Shown: positions 28,663-37,904 of the stretch, one piece after another
Layout: the number at the start of each line of letters is the position of its first letter
Position numbering within the stretch: the first letter of the stretch is position 1
Assembly (NCBI GenBank): GCA_963665765.1
Contig: OY762464.1
Span: 1,513,741-1,577,740 of the forward strand
Length of the DNA stretch: 64,000 bases
DNA from: Acidimicrobiia bacterium
Lineage (GTDB): Bacteria > Actinomycetota > Acidimicrobiia > Spongiisociales > ZC4RG35
Direction: 5' to 3'
Notes under the pieces: model-generated
The model's input: the letters and a program-made list of their open reading frames with translations, nothing else
Told to the model about the DNA's origin: nothing
Database searches by the model: none
Made by a program: the position numbers and the translations under genes

Positions 28663-28769
28663 CTGCCCATCCCCGGTGCGGGTAAACAGAATAGGTCACG
28701 GCAAACGTAACTCCCGTTTGGTAGGTTTTGGAGCCTAGCCAGCCACAATTGTCTGGGAGAGCTTGAGTT

Positions 28770-29879
28770 TTGAGGGTACTGGCCTTTGCCGATCTCCACT
28801 TGGACGCGCCCTTTGCCGGAAGAGGTCCCAGGTTGGCTCGATTGCGCCGTGACGAGTTAAAGAACACCCTGGGCAGGATTATTCAATTGGCAGGGAGGCT
28901 AGAGGTGGATGCTCTGATGTGCGCAGGGGACTTGTACGAGCATGAGCTATTCACTCCCGACACCGTTCAGATGTTGCGTCGCCTTTTCGATGAGATAGCT
29001 CCCATCCCGGTATTGGTTTCTCCCGGGAACCACGACTGGTTTGGGCCGGGAAGCATCTATGTGACGGCCGACTGGTCACCCAACGTCCACATCTTTGGCT
29101 CAAGCAAAATGACACCATACGATGGCATTGACGGCGTTCGGGTGTGGGGTTTCGCTCATAGGAATCCTTCACAGACCGAGAACCCATTGGGTCGATTTAG
29201 GGTTGAAGGCCAGGGTTTGCACTTGGGGCTGTTACACGGATCGGAGGTTGGGGGCTGGGCCGGCGTAGCGCAATCCCATCCTGAAAAAATACGACACGCG
29301 CCATTTCGCTCCGAGAACCTCACCAGAGCGGGCTTGACTCATGGCATAGTTGGCCACTACCACAGTCCTTTCATGGGAGAGTTCCACACATACCCTGGGG
29401 CGCCCGCCCCGCTTTCATTTAAGGATCAAGGCAGAGGAGGAGCAGTTGAGATGCGGTTTAGTGCTCAGGGTGCCTTGATCGAACGTACTTCACATAGGGT
29501 TACCAGCTTGCCGGTCTACGATTTGCGCGTCGATGTGAGCGGATGCCTTGATTTCGGAGAAATACAGGACCGTATGGAAGCTGCGTTGGAGTCACTGGAA
29601 GGGGTAGCCAGAGTCACGATCTGTGGGGAATTGGGCAGTGCTGTGGAGCTCGACCTGGCCGTGCTCAGTCAGCGGCGAGGACAGTTACAAGATCTCGTGG
29701 TTCGCTCGGGCAGCATCTATCCCGGCTATGACATTGCAGCCATAAGAGATGAGTCCACGGTACGTGGGGCATTTGTTAGGGACCTGATGGCGGCCGATCT
29801 TGATGATGACGAACGACACCGGGTCATCATCACTGGATTGCGCGCTCTTGAGGGTCGTAACGATCTAGCGGTGGGCTGA
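28770..29879 (+). CDS. Calcineurin-like metallophosphoesterase, SbcD/Mre11-like nuclease (YhaO/SbcF-like)
   Basis: DLHLD, GDLYEH and GNHD phosphoesterase motifs. TTG start with GGAGAG 9-15 nt upstream (28755-28760). Confidence 0.7.
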   Translation: MRVLAFADLHLDAPFAGRGPRLARLRRDELKNTLGRIIQLAGRLEVDALMCAGDLYEHELFTPDTVQMLRRLFDEIAPIPVLVSPGNHDWFGPGSIYVTADWSPNVHIFGSSKMTPYDGIDGVRVWGFAHRNPSQTENPLGRFRVEGQGLHLGLLHGSEVGGWAGVAQSHPEKIRHAPFRSENLTRAGLTHGIVGHYHSPFMGEFHTYPGAPAPLSFKDQGRGGAVEMRFSAQGALIERTSHRVTSLPVYDLRVDVSGCLDFGEIQDRMEAALESLEGVARVTICGELGSAVELDLAVLSQRRGQLQDLVVRSGSIYPGYDIAAIRDESTVRGAFVRDLMAADLDDDERHRVIITGLRALEGRNDLAVG

Positions 29880-29882
29880 TCT

Positions 29883-30359
29883 ATGTGGTTCCGCAAGGTT
29901 ACGGCCGGGGCATTTGGTCACTTGCGCGACGAGAGCTTGAAGTTCGGGAAGGCTCTCAATATTGTCTACGGACCCAATGAGTCAGGAAAATCGACGTGGC
30001 ATGCCGCCTTGGTAGCAGCTCTGTGCGGACAGAAACACGGTAGTGGACGCACCAAGGCGGAGCGGAATTTCAAGAGACGCCGTAAGCCTTGGGACGACCC
30101 GGATCGATGGCATATCGCCTTGGAGTTGGTGTTGAATGATGGGCGAATATTTGAGATTGATCGCGACCTGAATGTTCCGAGGACCAGGGTTCTCGATATA
30201 GGTATGGGTGGGAGAGAACCAACCGATGACCTGATGAACCAGGGCAGTCCCGACGGCGCCAGATGGCTCGGGCTTGACCGAAACAACCTTTCCGCTGACA
30301 GCCTCGGTCAGCCAGGCAGACATACTTTCGATACTCAATCTGGGGACGCGACAGCGTAA
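29883..30359 (+). CDS. SbcC/Rad50-like AAA ATPase, N-terminal Walker A fragment (out of frame with the remainder)
   Basis: GPNESGKST P-loop. The ORF terminates at 30359 while the homologous protein continues in the +1 frame. Confidence 0.6.
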   Translation: MWFRKVTAGAFGHLRDESLKFGKALNIVYGPNESGKSTWHAALVAALCGQKHGSGRTKAERNFKRRRKPWDDPDRWHIALELVLNDGRIFEIDRDLNVPRTRVLDIGMGGREPTDDLMNQGSPDGARWLGLDRNNLSADSLGQPGRHTFDTQSGDATA

Positions 30360-33012
30360 AAGCGAGCGTGATGCTTTGCAAGAGCGTCTCGCTCGGGCGG
30401 CGGCGGGTGGAGCGGGTGATACGGCGGCGGGAGCTATTGAGCGCATTAGGAAGTTCTCAACTGAGAACGTAGGACTCGATCGCAGGAATGCGAAAAGACC
30501 CCTCCGACTTGCGATCGAAGGCGTGAAGAGAGCTGAAATCCAACTGTCGAAGACCCGTGACCGCCGTCAAGAATATGTGGATCTAGCAAGAAGAGCGGAT
30601 AGGACTCGGCGAAATGTCCGGTTGCTGGAGGGTCAGCAGGCAGCGCTAAGGGCATTAGGAGCCAGAGACGAAGCCGAAGCACGGGCAAATCAATTGCTGG
30701 AACAAACAACAAGGCTGGAGGAGTGGGAGCGGCGCTTTGTTGATGGGGATCCGCGTGCTCGGAGGGAAGTGAATATGGCGGAGTTGGTGGTTGCTCTGAG
30801 TGGTGCTCGGGGTGCGCCTGGGTCTGTTGGGACGGATCTTGATCCGTTGGAGGTTCTTGAGGGTCGGTTGGAGGAGTTGGATCGGCAGAGGGCGTTGGTT
30901 GAGGCGTTTGAGGGCTTGGAGGAAGCTGAGATGCGGGCGGAGGAGTTGGAGCGGGAGGTCAAGCGTCTTGAGAGGTGGGAACAACGGTTTCCTGATGCGG
31001 ATCCACGCAATCGGGAACTGATGAGTTTTACCGACATTGCTTCCGCGGTTACCCGATGCAACAACCTGCCAAAGCCCGGGTTCACGGACATTGATCCTCT
31101 GAAGATTCTTGAGGAACGCATCTCCATGCTCGATGACTCATCCCCGAAGCCATGCCCTAGCCCCGGTGATGTCCAGCGGTGGATAATCCCCTTGCGAGAA
31201 ACGCCTCCCCCTCCGAGGCAGGAACTGCAGTCACAGATATCGGAAGCCAGGCGCAAGAACGCACCCCCGAAGGCCAATTCGTTGGCCCGGGGGAGACTGA
31301 TCCTGTCCGCCATGGTCGGCGTTGCCGCGGCCGTCGCGGTCTGGATGGCTACAGCAAGAATTCTTTACGGAGTCTTGGCCGGAGTTCCGGTGGCTCTGGG
31401 ATTGATGTTTCTTCGAGTCGGTTCTTCCAGGCATGGACCCGTGGCATCTGTCGATATCAATTTGCTGGAACGGCAACTGCGGGAACGGGACACACTCGAT
31501 GCCAGGGTCGCGCAAGCCCATCGGTTCCTTCGGGAGTGGGAGCTTCCTCTTGACCCGGATGCCGCCATAGCCGAGTTCTATAACAGGGAACGCGCTTGGA
31601 GCGAGCAAACCACTGAACGGCGAAGGCTCGAAGAGATGGTCGCTCGGCGGAGGCGGCTTGATGATGATGAGGCGCAGCGGATTGCTGAACGGGAGAGCGC
31701 TTTTGGCGAGTTGCGGAACGTCGTTGTTCTGTACGGAGGAGATGCATCCGGTGACGAGGGCCAGATTCTCGGTGAGGCTACGTATTTGCTGAATGATCTT
31801 CAGCGGGTGGCGCGAGATCGACAACAGGATGCTGCGGAGTGGGGACGGTTTCAGGAAGCGCTGGCGGGCCGTTCCGTAGAAGAATGGCGAGCTGAAGCTG
31901 GAAGCTGTAGACAACACGCGGAGCTAGCGAGAAGTAGAGCGGAGAATTTGGCTGCCGGGTTTAGTGGTGAGATTTTGGAAATGAAGAGTATCGAAGCCGA
32001 ACGGGAAAAGATTAAGGGAGCGATCTTCCGCCGACGGCGGTTTGATGAGGATGAGGCGAGGCGGTGTGTGGCGAGGGAGGAGGCTTTTGGGGAGTTGCGG
32101 AGGGTGGTGGTCTTGTATGGGGGGGATGGTTCTGGTGGGGAGGGCGAGGTTTTGAGGGTGGCTGATGGTTTGTTGGATCGTTTTGAGCGTTTGGCGCAGC
32201 AGCGGAGTGGGGATGTTGCGGAGTGGGGACGGTTTCAGGAGGCGCTTGGGGGTCGTTCGGTAGAAGAATGGCGGGCTGACGCCGACCTTGCCAGTCGTGA
32301 AGCGAGGAAAGCCGGACAAAAGGCTGATGAGTTGGCGCCCGCTTTAGAGCAGGAATTGCTGCGTTCTGATAGCAGGGAGACGGATCGCTTCCTGCGAGAT
32401 GCGAAGGAGGAAGCGATCAGAACTGCCGGTCAACTGGAGCAGATAGACACAGACTTGGTGGATGTGGCCACGGCACAGTCCGTTCTTGATGAAGCCAAGC
32501 TTGAGTTAGAGCGGGTACAGCGCCTTCAGAGGACCTTAAACATCGCCAGTGAACACCTGCAACGAGCTGCTGAGCACGCCCATCGGCTGCTCGCGCCAAG
32601 GTTGGAAGCTCTCATGAAGGAGTGGATCCCGATCATTACCGGAGATCGTTATGTGGACGTGCTCGTCGATCCAGAGACACTTGAGGTGAAATTGCGTCAT
32701 ATGGATGGCATGATTAGGGAGGCGGCGCTCCTGTCATATGGAACAGCCGAGCAGGTGTACTTACTGTTGCGGATGATTCTCGCTCAGGTATTGACCGACG
32801 GACACGAACCATGTCCGGTGTTGCTCGACGATCCCACCGTGCATGCCGACCTCGATCGCAAGGAGCAGGTGCTGGAGTATCTTCTCCAGGCATCTGACAA
32901 CTTTCAGGTGATCCTATTCACCCAGGACCAACTCGTGGAGCAATGGGCCAGTTCCCGCCGTTCTGATCATAGAATCAAGCTCCTCGAACTCACGGTTCCC
33001 GTGGTTGGCTGA
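30274..33012 (+). CDS. SbcC/YhaN (SbcE)-like ATPase body: coiled-coil arms, central double TM hairpin, C-terminal signature/Walker B/D-loop
   Basis: C-terminus LLSYGTAEQVYLLLR...VLLDDPTVHADLDR is an SMC/SbcC-type signature and Walker B. Central LILSAMVGVAAAVAVWMATARILYGVLAGVPVALGLMFL reads as two TM helices. Two pairs of internal diverged repeats. Confidence 0.6.
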   Translation: MTETTFPLTASVSQADILSILNLGTRQRKSERDALQERLARAAAGGAGDTAAGAIERIRKFSTENVGLDRRNAKRPLRLAIEGVKRAEIQLSKTRDRRQEYVDLARRADRTRRNVRLLEGQQAALRALGARDEAEARANQLLEQTTRLEEWERRFVDGDPRARREVNMAELVVALSGARGAPGSVGTDLDPLEVLEGRLEELDRQRALVEAFEGLEEAEMRAEELEREVKRLERWEQRFPDADPRNRELMSFTDIASAVTRCNNLPKPGFTDIDPLKILEERISMLDDSSPKPCPSPGDVQRWIIPLRETPPPPRQELQSQISEARRKNAPPKANSLARGRLILSAMVGVAAAVAVWMATARILYGVLAGVPVALGLMFLRVGSSRHGPVASVDINLLERQLRERDTLDARVAQAHRFLREWELPLDPDAAIAEFYNRERAWSEQTTERRRLEEMVARRRRLDDDEAQRIAERESAFGELRNVVVLYGGDASGDEGQILGEATYLLNDLQRVARDRQQDAAEWGRFQEALAGRSVEEWRAEAGSCRQHAELARSRAENLAAGFSGEILEMKSIEAEREKIKGAIFRRRRFDEDEARRCVAREEAFGELRRVVVLYGGDGSGGEGEVLRVADGLLDRFERLAQQRSGDVAEWGRFQEALGGRSVEEWRADADLASREARKAGQKADELAPALEQELLRSDSRETDRFLRDAKEEAIRTAGQLEQIDTDLVDVATAQSVLDEAKLELERVQRLQRTLNIASEHLQRAAEHAHRLLAPRLEALMKEWIPIITGDRYVDVLVDPETLEVKLRHMDGMIREAALLSYGTAEQVYLLLRMILAQVLTDGHEPCPVLLDDPTVHADLDRKEQVLEYLLQASDNFQVILFTQDQLVEQWASSRRSDHRIKLLELTVPVVG

Positions 33013-33160
33013 GTCCTGACAGGCTGTGGGCAAGCAGGAGATCACAGAAGCGTCGCCTCCGTTCTCCGGGTTGGGAGACTCGAGACTCGTAGGCCGCTTA
33101 CCTCAGGCAAAGCGGAATTGTGATCGCTAGCATTGGCGAAACGACGGTTGACACAGGGAG

Positions 33161-33403
33161 GTGGCATCAGTGCAGATAACTCGACGGACGGCACTCCGGG
33201 AGTCAGGGTTCACCGAGGCTCAGACCAACGCCTTGGCTATGGCTCTGGAGCCGCTGGCAACCAGGGAAGACCTCCGGGCCATGGTGGAAATGGTTCGTTG
33301 TGATGTGGAAATGGTTCGTAATGATTTGCGGTGGATGAAGTGGGTTGGAGGGGCGATCGGCGTGGCGGTGCTTGCCGAACTGGTTAGGGGCCTCTTTCTT
33401 TGA
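33161..33403 (+). CDS. Small coiled-coil protein with C-terminal TM helix (XhlA/DUF1640-like, hypothetical)
   Basis: 80 aa with an N-terminal helical region, the tandem motif VEMVRCD/VEMVRND, and C-terminal WVGGAIGVAVLAELV TM segment. Confidence 0.35.
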   Translation: MASVQITRRTALRESGFTEAQTNALAMALEPLATREDLRAMVEMVRCDVEMVRNDLRWMKWVGGAIGVAVLAELVRGLFL

Positions 33404-33517
33404 ATCAACTCGGTTTCTGAATCTGCCTGCGATGATTTTGCGGGCGCTGGGCGGCGCAAAGCCCAGACTTGTAATGCACCTCTGTGATGGACCGCAACGT
33501 AAGGGAGCCCGCTGAGC

Positions 33518-34111
33518 ATGGCGATAGAACCGGACGACCATTCCACACTGCGGGAGCATTTCGCGTGGACTTACGGAACACTCGCTATGGTGCACGCGGC
33601 CATCGTTGACGGCGGGATCCGCTACAAGCCTCTCCACTTCATCATCCGAGGTCGATTCCGGAAGGGCTACCTATCCGGGAAAATGAATATGCGACCGCTA
33701 TATGACGACGAAAAAACAAAGATCGCGTATGCCACAACATGCTGCTACTGCGGACGTAAAGCAAAACTGACACTTGATCACCTAATTCCCCGACTGAAAG
33801 GTGGCGCCGACGCTGCCGACAACATCACCTACGCGTGCAAGAGTTGCAACTCGTCCAAGGGAGCAAAGGACATGGTGCTCTGGCTGAAATCCAAAGACCG
33901 CTTCCCGGCCGTACTCGTTTTCCGCCGGTATCTAAAGCTCGCCGCGCGCTGGTGCGAGGACGAAAAACTGATGGACACGCCTTGGGAAGAGATACCCGAT
34001 GCGTCTCTCCCGTTTGACAAGCGGTCTCTCCGAGTCGAGTGGCCAAGGCTGGCCAGCCAGCGGTTGTGGCCAGACCCATGGAACGGGGAGGGGGATGTCC
34101 GCCCCCTGTGA
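33518..34111 (+). CDS. HNH endonuclease
   Basis: CCYCG...LTLDHLIPRLKGG...NITYACKSCNSSKG matches the HNH/His-Me finger motif. Local GC is lower (about 55%). Confidence 0.75.
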   Translation: MAIEPDDHSTLREHFAWTYGTLAMVHAAIVDGGIRYKPLHFIIRGRFRKGYLSGKMNMRPLYDDEKTKIAYATTCCYCGRKAKLTLDHLIPRLKGGADAADNITYACKSCNSSKGAKDMVLWLKSKDRFPAVLVFRRYLKLAARWCEDEKLMDTPWEEIPDASLPFDKRSLRVEWPRLASQRLWPDPWNGEGDVRPL

Positions 34112-34246
34112 TTACAAGTACGGGCATGTGGAAAGAGTCGGCAGCATCTGAAGACACGCTGTGGTACGTCCCGACGCGGAGCGGGGAGGCTGGCTGACAG
34201 TGATGGCACTGAGGCGGTGGAAATGTCCACAGTAGCATCTTTTTGA

Positions 34247-35338
34247 ATGGGTGCTGATCAGACCTCCCTGCAAGTAGCCGTGATTGGTGCGGGGTGGTGG
34301 GCGGTGGAGAACCATCTTCCGGTGCTGGCGTCTCGTCCCGATGTGGAAGTCCGGGCTGTATGTCGGAAGGGCGCTGCTGAAGTGGAGACGGTGGCCGAAC
34401 GGTTCGGCGTACCTTTAGCGACCGAAGATTATGAACTTCTTCCGTGGGACGAGTTGGATGCGGTGGTGGTTTCTTCGCCGCATGGTCTTCACCATGAGCA
34501 CACGATGGCTGCCCTGGACCGTGGTCTGCATGTGATGTGCGAAAAGCCGCTGGCCATCACGGCTGCCGATGCCTTCGGCATGGTGAGACGGGCTCAGGAA
34601 CAGGGAGTTGTACTCCTGGTTCCGCACGGATGGCAGTTCCTCCCCCAGGCCGCGGCCGCCCGTGAGTGGATAAGAGAAGGCCGGATCGGACGCCTGGAGC
34701 ATGTGGTGGCCCAGATGGCTTCCCCTGCCCGGGGACTTTTCTCCGGCGAGGAGGACTCCATTCCCGGGGCGGAGAGCCCTCCGGAGCCTTCAACCTGGGT
34801 CGGCGAAGACGGCGGCTACGCCTATGGGCAGTTGAGCCACCTCTATTCCCTGGTGTTCTGGCTGACCGGTCTGATTCCTGCGGATGTGATGGGTGCGGTG
34901 ACTGCGGGCCCGGCGAAAAGCGACCTGTTTGACGCCTTCCTGTCCACCACCCGCCAAGGTCCCTTGGTGTCGGTCTCCGGAGGAGCGGGGGTCCCGACAT
35001 CGCAGCGTCACCACATGGAGGTGAGGGTGTTCGGAACCGAGGGAGTCGTGATTGTGGACTTGGAGAGAGACCGGATAGAGGTGGTTCGGGAAGACGGTGA
35101 CGACTACGCCTTCCCCTTGATGCGGGGCGCCACCCTGTATCCGGGAACTTTCCCGGTGCACGGTTTCTGCGATCTGGCTCTCGGCTATCCGGATGCGGTC
35201 AACCATGGTGACCCGGTCGCCTCTGCTCTGGGGATCGCGGTGATCGAAGCGGGTCTCCGCTCGGCCCACACTCGACGTGCCGAATCGATATCCGCGGCGG
35301 TCGCCGAAGCCGAAGCCAGGGGCGTCAGACTGGACTAA
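34247..35338 (+). CDS. Gfo/Idh/MocA family NAD(P)-dependent oxidoreductase
   Basis: N-terminal Rossmann VAVIGAGWWA and the EKP motif. Confidence 0.8.
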   Translation: MGADQTSLQVAVIGAGWWAVENHLPVLASRPDVEVRAVCRKGAAEVETVAERFGVPLATEDYELLPWDELDAVVVSSPHGLHHEHTMAALDRGLHVMCEKPLAITAADAFGMVRRAQEQGVVLLVPHGWQFLPQAAAAREWIREGRIGRLEHVVAQMASPARGLFSGEEDSIPGAESPPEPSTWVGEDGGYAYGQLSHLYSLVFWLTGLIPADVMGAVTAGPAKSDLFDAFLSTTRQGPLVSVSGGAGVPTSQRHHMEVRVFGTEGVVIVDLERDRIEVVREDGDDYAFPLMRGATLYPGTFPVHGFCDLALGYPDAVNHGDPVASALGIAVIEAGLRSAHTRRAESISAAVAEAEARGVRLD

Positions 35339-35629
35339 TCGGCCCCCGCAGGCGGGATAGTCTCCTCGCTTTCATCTGAACGCACCACCACAATGTCTTC
35401 GTGGGGTTCCGCCTTCCCTGATCTATCGTTCGGCGCGTGGGGTGGGCGAATGAGAACCCCTGGTTTGGTCATCCGGATGTTTTGACCTGCCGGTGGGCCA
35501 GAGCCCGATACGCTTCGTCACCGAAAAAAAACCGAGCTTACGGCAGTCGGTGAACAGCACTCAACCTAGCATGATCAATAATCGATCGGTTATCTAATAA
35601 TCGAGGCTTTCGTAAAAAGCAGGTGAGTC

Positions 35630-36406
35630 ATGGCAAGCATTCCGCCCGACGAACGCCCGCTTCTGGTGTGTCGTGTCGACTGTCCTCCCCCTTTGCAAGA
35701 GGAACTTGACGGTTGGACTCCTTGGCATTTTGACGACTTCGGTCGCCACTACGCGGTTCTCGGGGCGTCCAGTTACAAGATAATTCGAGACTTTGATCCT
35801 GAGGCCGGGCTTCCCGCGGCCTTCAATGCCTCTCAGGCCACCCGCTTCATTCCCTATGTGGCAACCAACATCCCGGACATGCATGCTTGGATTGGCAGCG
35901 AAGTAGTTACGGGAGGGCTGGACGAGCCCACTCTGGAACGCGAGTCGAAATATCCAACTCTGGAGCAGGAGCCGTTCAACGGAACGATGATGACAGTTAC
36001 CAAGGTGATTGGCGCCTTGGGCAGGGACCAGGCCGGAAGCGGCGGCTGCGTTGTCGAGCGATTCGAAGTTGGTGCCGAGCACGCCGAAGAGTTCGATAAG
36101 TGGCTTGATGGTCCTCATCTTGAGAGCTATGCCGACTTGGAAGGATGGGTAAGAATTCGCACCTTCCGAGCGGACCGGACCGCCGACTATGCCTTTCCCT
36201 GGAATCGCTATCTGGGCAAGGGAAACCGCATGATTTGGTGTGAGTTGAGAGGGGATGTGGATCCCAAAGAGTTCGTTCGACGTCCCCAATACAACGAGAT
36301 GCTCAAAAGGTCGCTGCGGTGGGATTCGGTGTTGCCGTATGTCACCCGTGAAGCTTGCGAAGAATTCATCGTCCGAGATCTGTCGCATATTCCTTCGGCC
36401 GTCTAA
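35630..36406 (+). CDS. Hypothetical protein with two internal ~120-aa repeats (paralog of 39763-40488)
   Basis: Shares motifs such as ERFEV...EFDKW and LRWDSVLPYVTRE with the paralog's QRFEV...EFDDW and LRWDRRLNYVRRE. Confidence 0.45.
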   Translation: MASIPPDERPLLVCRVDCPPPLQEELDGWTPWHFDDFGRHYAVLGASSYKIIRDFDPEAGLPAAFNASQATRFIPYVATNIPDMHAWIGSEVVTGGLDEPTLERESKYPTLEQEPFNGTMMTVTKVIGALGRDQAGSGGCVVERFEVGAEHAEEFDKWLDGPHLESYADLEGWVRIRTFRADRTADYAFPWNRYLGKGNRMIWCELRGDVDPKEFVRRPQYNEMLKRSLRWDSVLPYVTREACEEFIVRDLSHIPSAV

Positions 36407-36508
36407 CAGGTGGTCATCAAAAGCCGGCGCCGACCGGGTCAAAGAAGGCCTCTTTTTAGACCCATCCGGGCACGGTAAGAAACGACTAGAAGAAAGGTAC
36501 ATTCCAAA

Positions 36509-37894
36509 ATGAGATTGAAAAGGGAAAGGGAGATCATCCGGCGGGCAAGACAAGCCGGGATGTCCCGACGAGAGTTCATCAGGCTAGGCGGCACCGCGGC
36601 AGCCGCGGCGGCCTTTTTGGCGGCTTGCGGCGATGATGCAGCGCCCACCACCACGGCGGCGCCGGCCACCACCGCCGCGCCGGCTACCACGGCGGCGCCC
36701 ACCACCACTGCCGCTCCCGACTCCGACGACATCGGTGGCGAGATCACCCTTTGGGCCTGGGGCGCCGGGCTCGAGGGAGAGGTCATCCAGCAGCGCATTG
36801 ACTATTTCAACAGCAAGTATCCGAATGTGACGGTCAACTGGGAGCCTCTTGCCGCCAACGGTTACGAGGAGTACCCGCAGCTGCTGGCCCGGTTCGCGGC
36901 AGGAAACGCTCCGGATGTCATGCGGATGCTCAACTTCCAATTGACTCAGCTGACCGCCGAGGGCGAAGCGCTTCTGCAAATCGATGACTACATCGCACGG
37001 GACGCTGATGAACTCGACATGGGCGACTTCATTCCCACCACGGTCGAGGGCACCTTGGTCAACGGCAAGGCGTACGGAATGCCCGACAACACCGAGCCCT
37101 ACGTGATCTATTACAACCGGGATGCCTTCACGGCGGCGGGATTGGAAGATCCGCAGGTGCTCTTCCAAGCAGGCGAGTGGAACGAAGAGGCCTTCACCAA
37201 TTCGATCGACGCCCTGATCGCCAACGGCATGCGTTTCGGCGTCTCCTTCGAGTCGTGGAACTACGACACGTTCTGCTTCATGGGTGGCGGGACCATCATC
37301 AACGATGCCCTCGAGCCAACCATTCATCAGGGCGCCAGCCCCCAGATGCTCGGCTACTTCGCCAAGCTCATCGAGGACGGCAAGTCTCCCAACCCGGTGG
37401 TGGCCGGAGGAACTCACCTGGAGGCTTTCCGCAACCAGCAGACCGGTATGTACCTGATGGGCCCGTGGTGGTACGGGGCGCTGGCGGGCACCGTCGATTT
37501 TGACTACGACGTGACCGCTCTTCCCAGCTTCAACGGCGTTCGGGCCGGAAAACTCGAGTTGGGAACCATCTCGATTTCTTCCCAGTCAAAGAATCCCGAG
37601 GCTGCCTGGGCATTCACCAAGACCATCACGGACACCAGGGGTCTTGAAATATGGAGCCAGGTTGCCACGCCGACTCGTCGCAGTTCCCTGGAGATTGCCG
37701 GATTCAACGATGTCCAGTGGAAGAAGGATGCGGTCGCCATGGTCGAGGCCGGGACATGGACTCCGTTCACGACCAAGGGCTTCGCGGTGGACACCGCCGC
37801 CGGGGCAGCGTTGGATCTGCTGTGGGCCGGCGAGGCTACTGCGGAGGAAGCGACCCAGGACGCGGCGAACAGGATCGCGGAAGCGCTGGCCTGA
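36509..37894 (+). CDS. Carbohydrate ABC transporter substrate-binding protein (family 1), Tat/lipoprotein signal
   Basis: RREFIRLGGTAAAAAAFLAACGDD signal; MalE/UgpB-like family-1 SBP length and motifs. Confidence 0.8.
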   Translation: MRLKREREIIRRARQAGMSRREFIRLGGTAAAAAAFLAACGDDAAPTTTAAPATTAAPATTAAPTTTAAPDSDDIGGEITLWAWGAGLEGEVIQQRIDYFNSKYPNVTVNWEPLAANGYEEYPQLLARFAAGNAPDVMRMLNFQLTQLTAEGEALLQIDDYIARDADELDMGDFIPTTVEGTLVNGKAYGMPDNTEPYVIYYNRDAFTAAGLEDPQVLFQAGEWNEEAFTNSIDALIANGMRFGVSFESWNYDTFCFMGGGTIINDALEPTIHQGASPQMLGYFAKLIEDGKSPNPVVAGGTHLEAFRNQQTGMYLMGPWWYGALAGTVDFDYDVTALPSFNGVRAGKLELGTISISSQSKNPEAAWAFTKTITDTRGLEIWSQVATPTRRSSLEIAGFNDVQWKKDAVAMVEAGTWTPFTTKGFAVDTAAGAALDLLWAGEATAEEATQDAANRIAEALA

Positions 37895-37904
37895 TCCGCC
37901 CAGG

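Noticed and set aside
30274-30400. Treating M at 30274 (MTETTFPLTAS...) as an independent start of a 912-aa protein
   Set aside because: The upstream 158-aa ORF carries the Walker A that an SbcC-type ATPase requires, so a +1 frameshift is more parsimonious than two separate genes.
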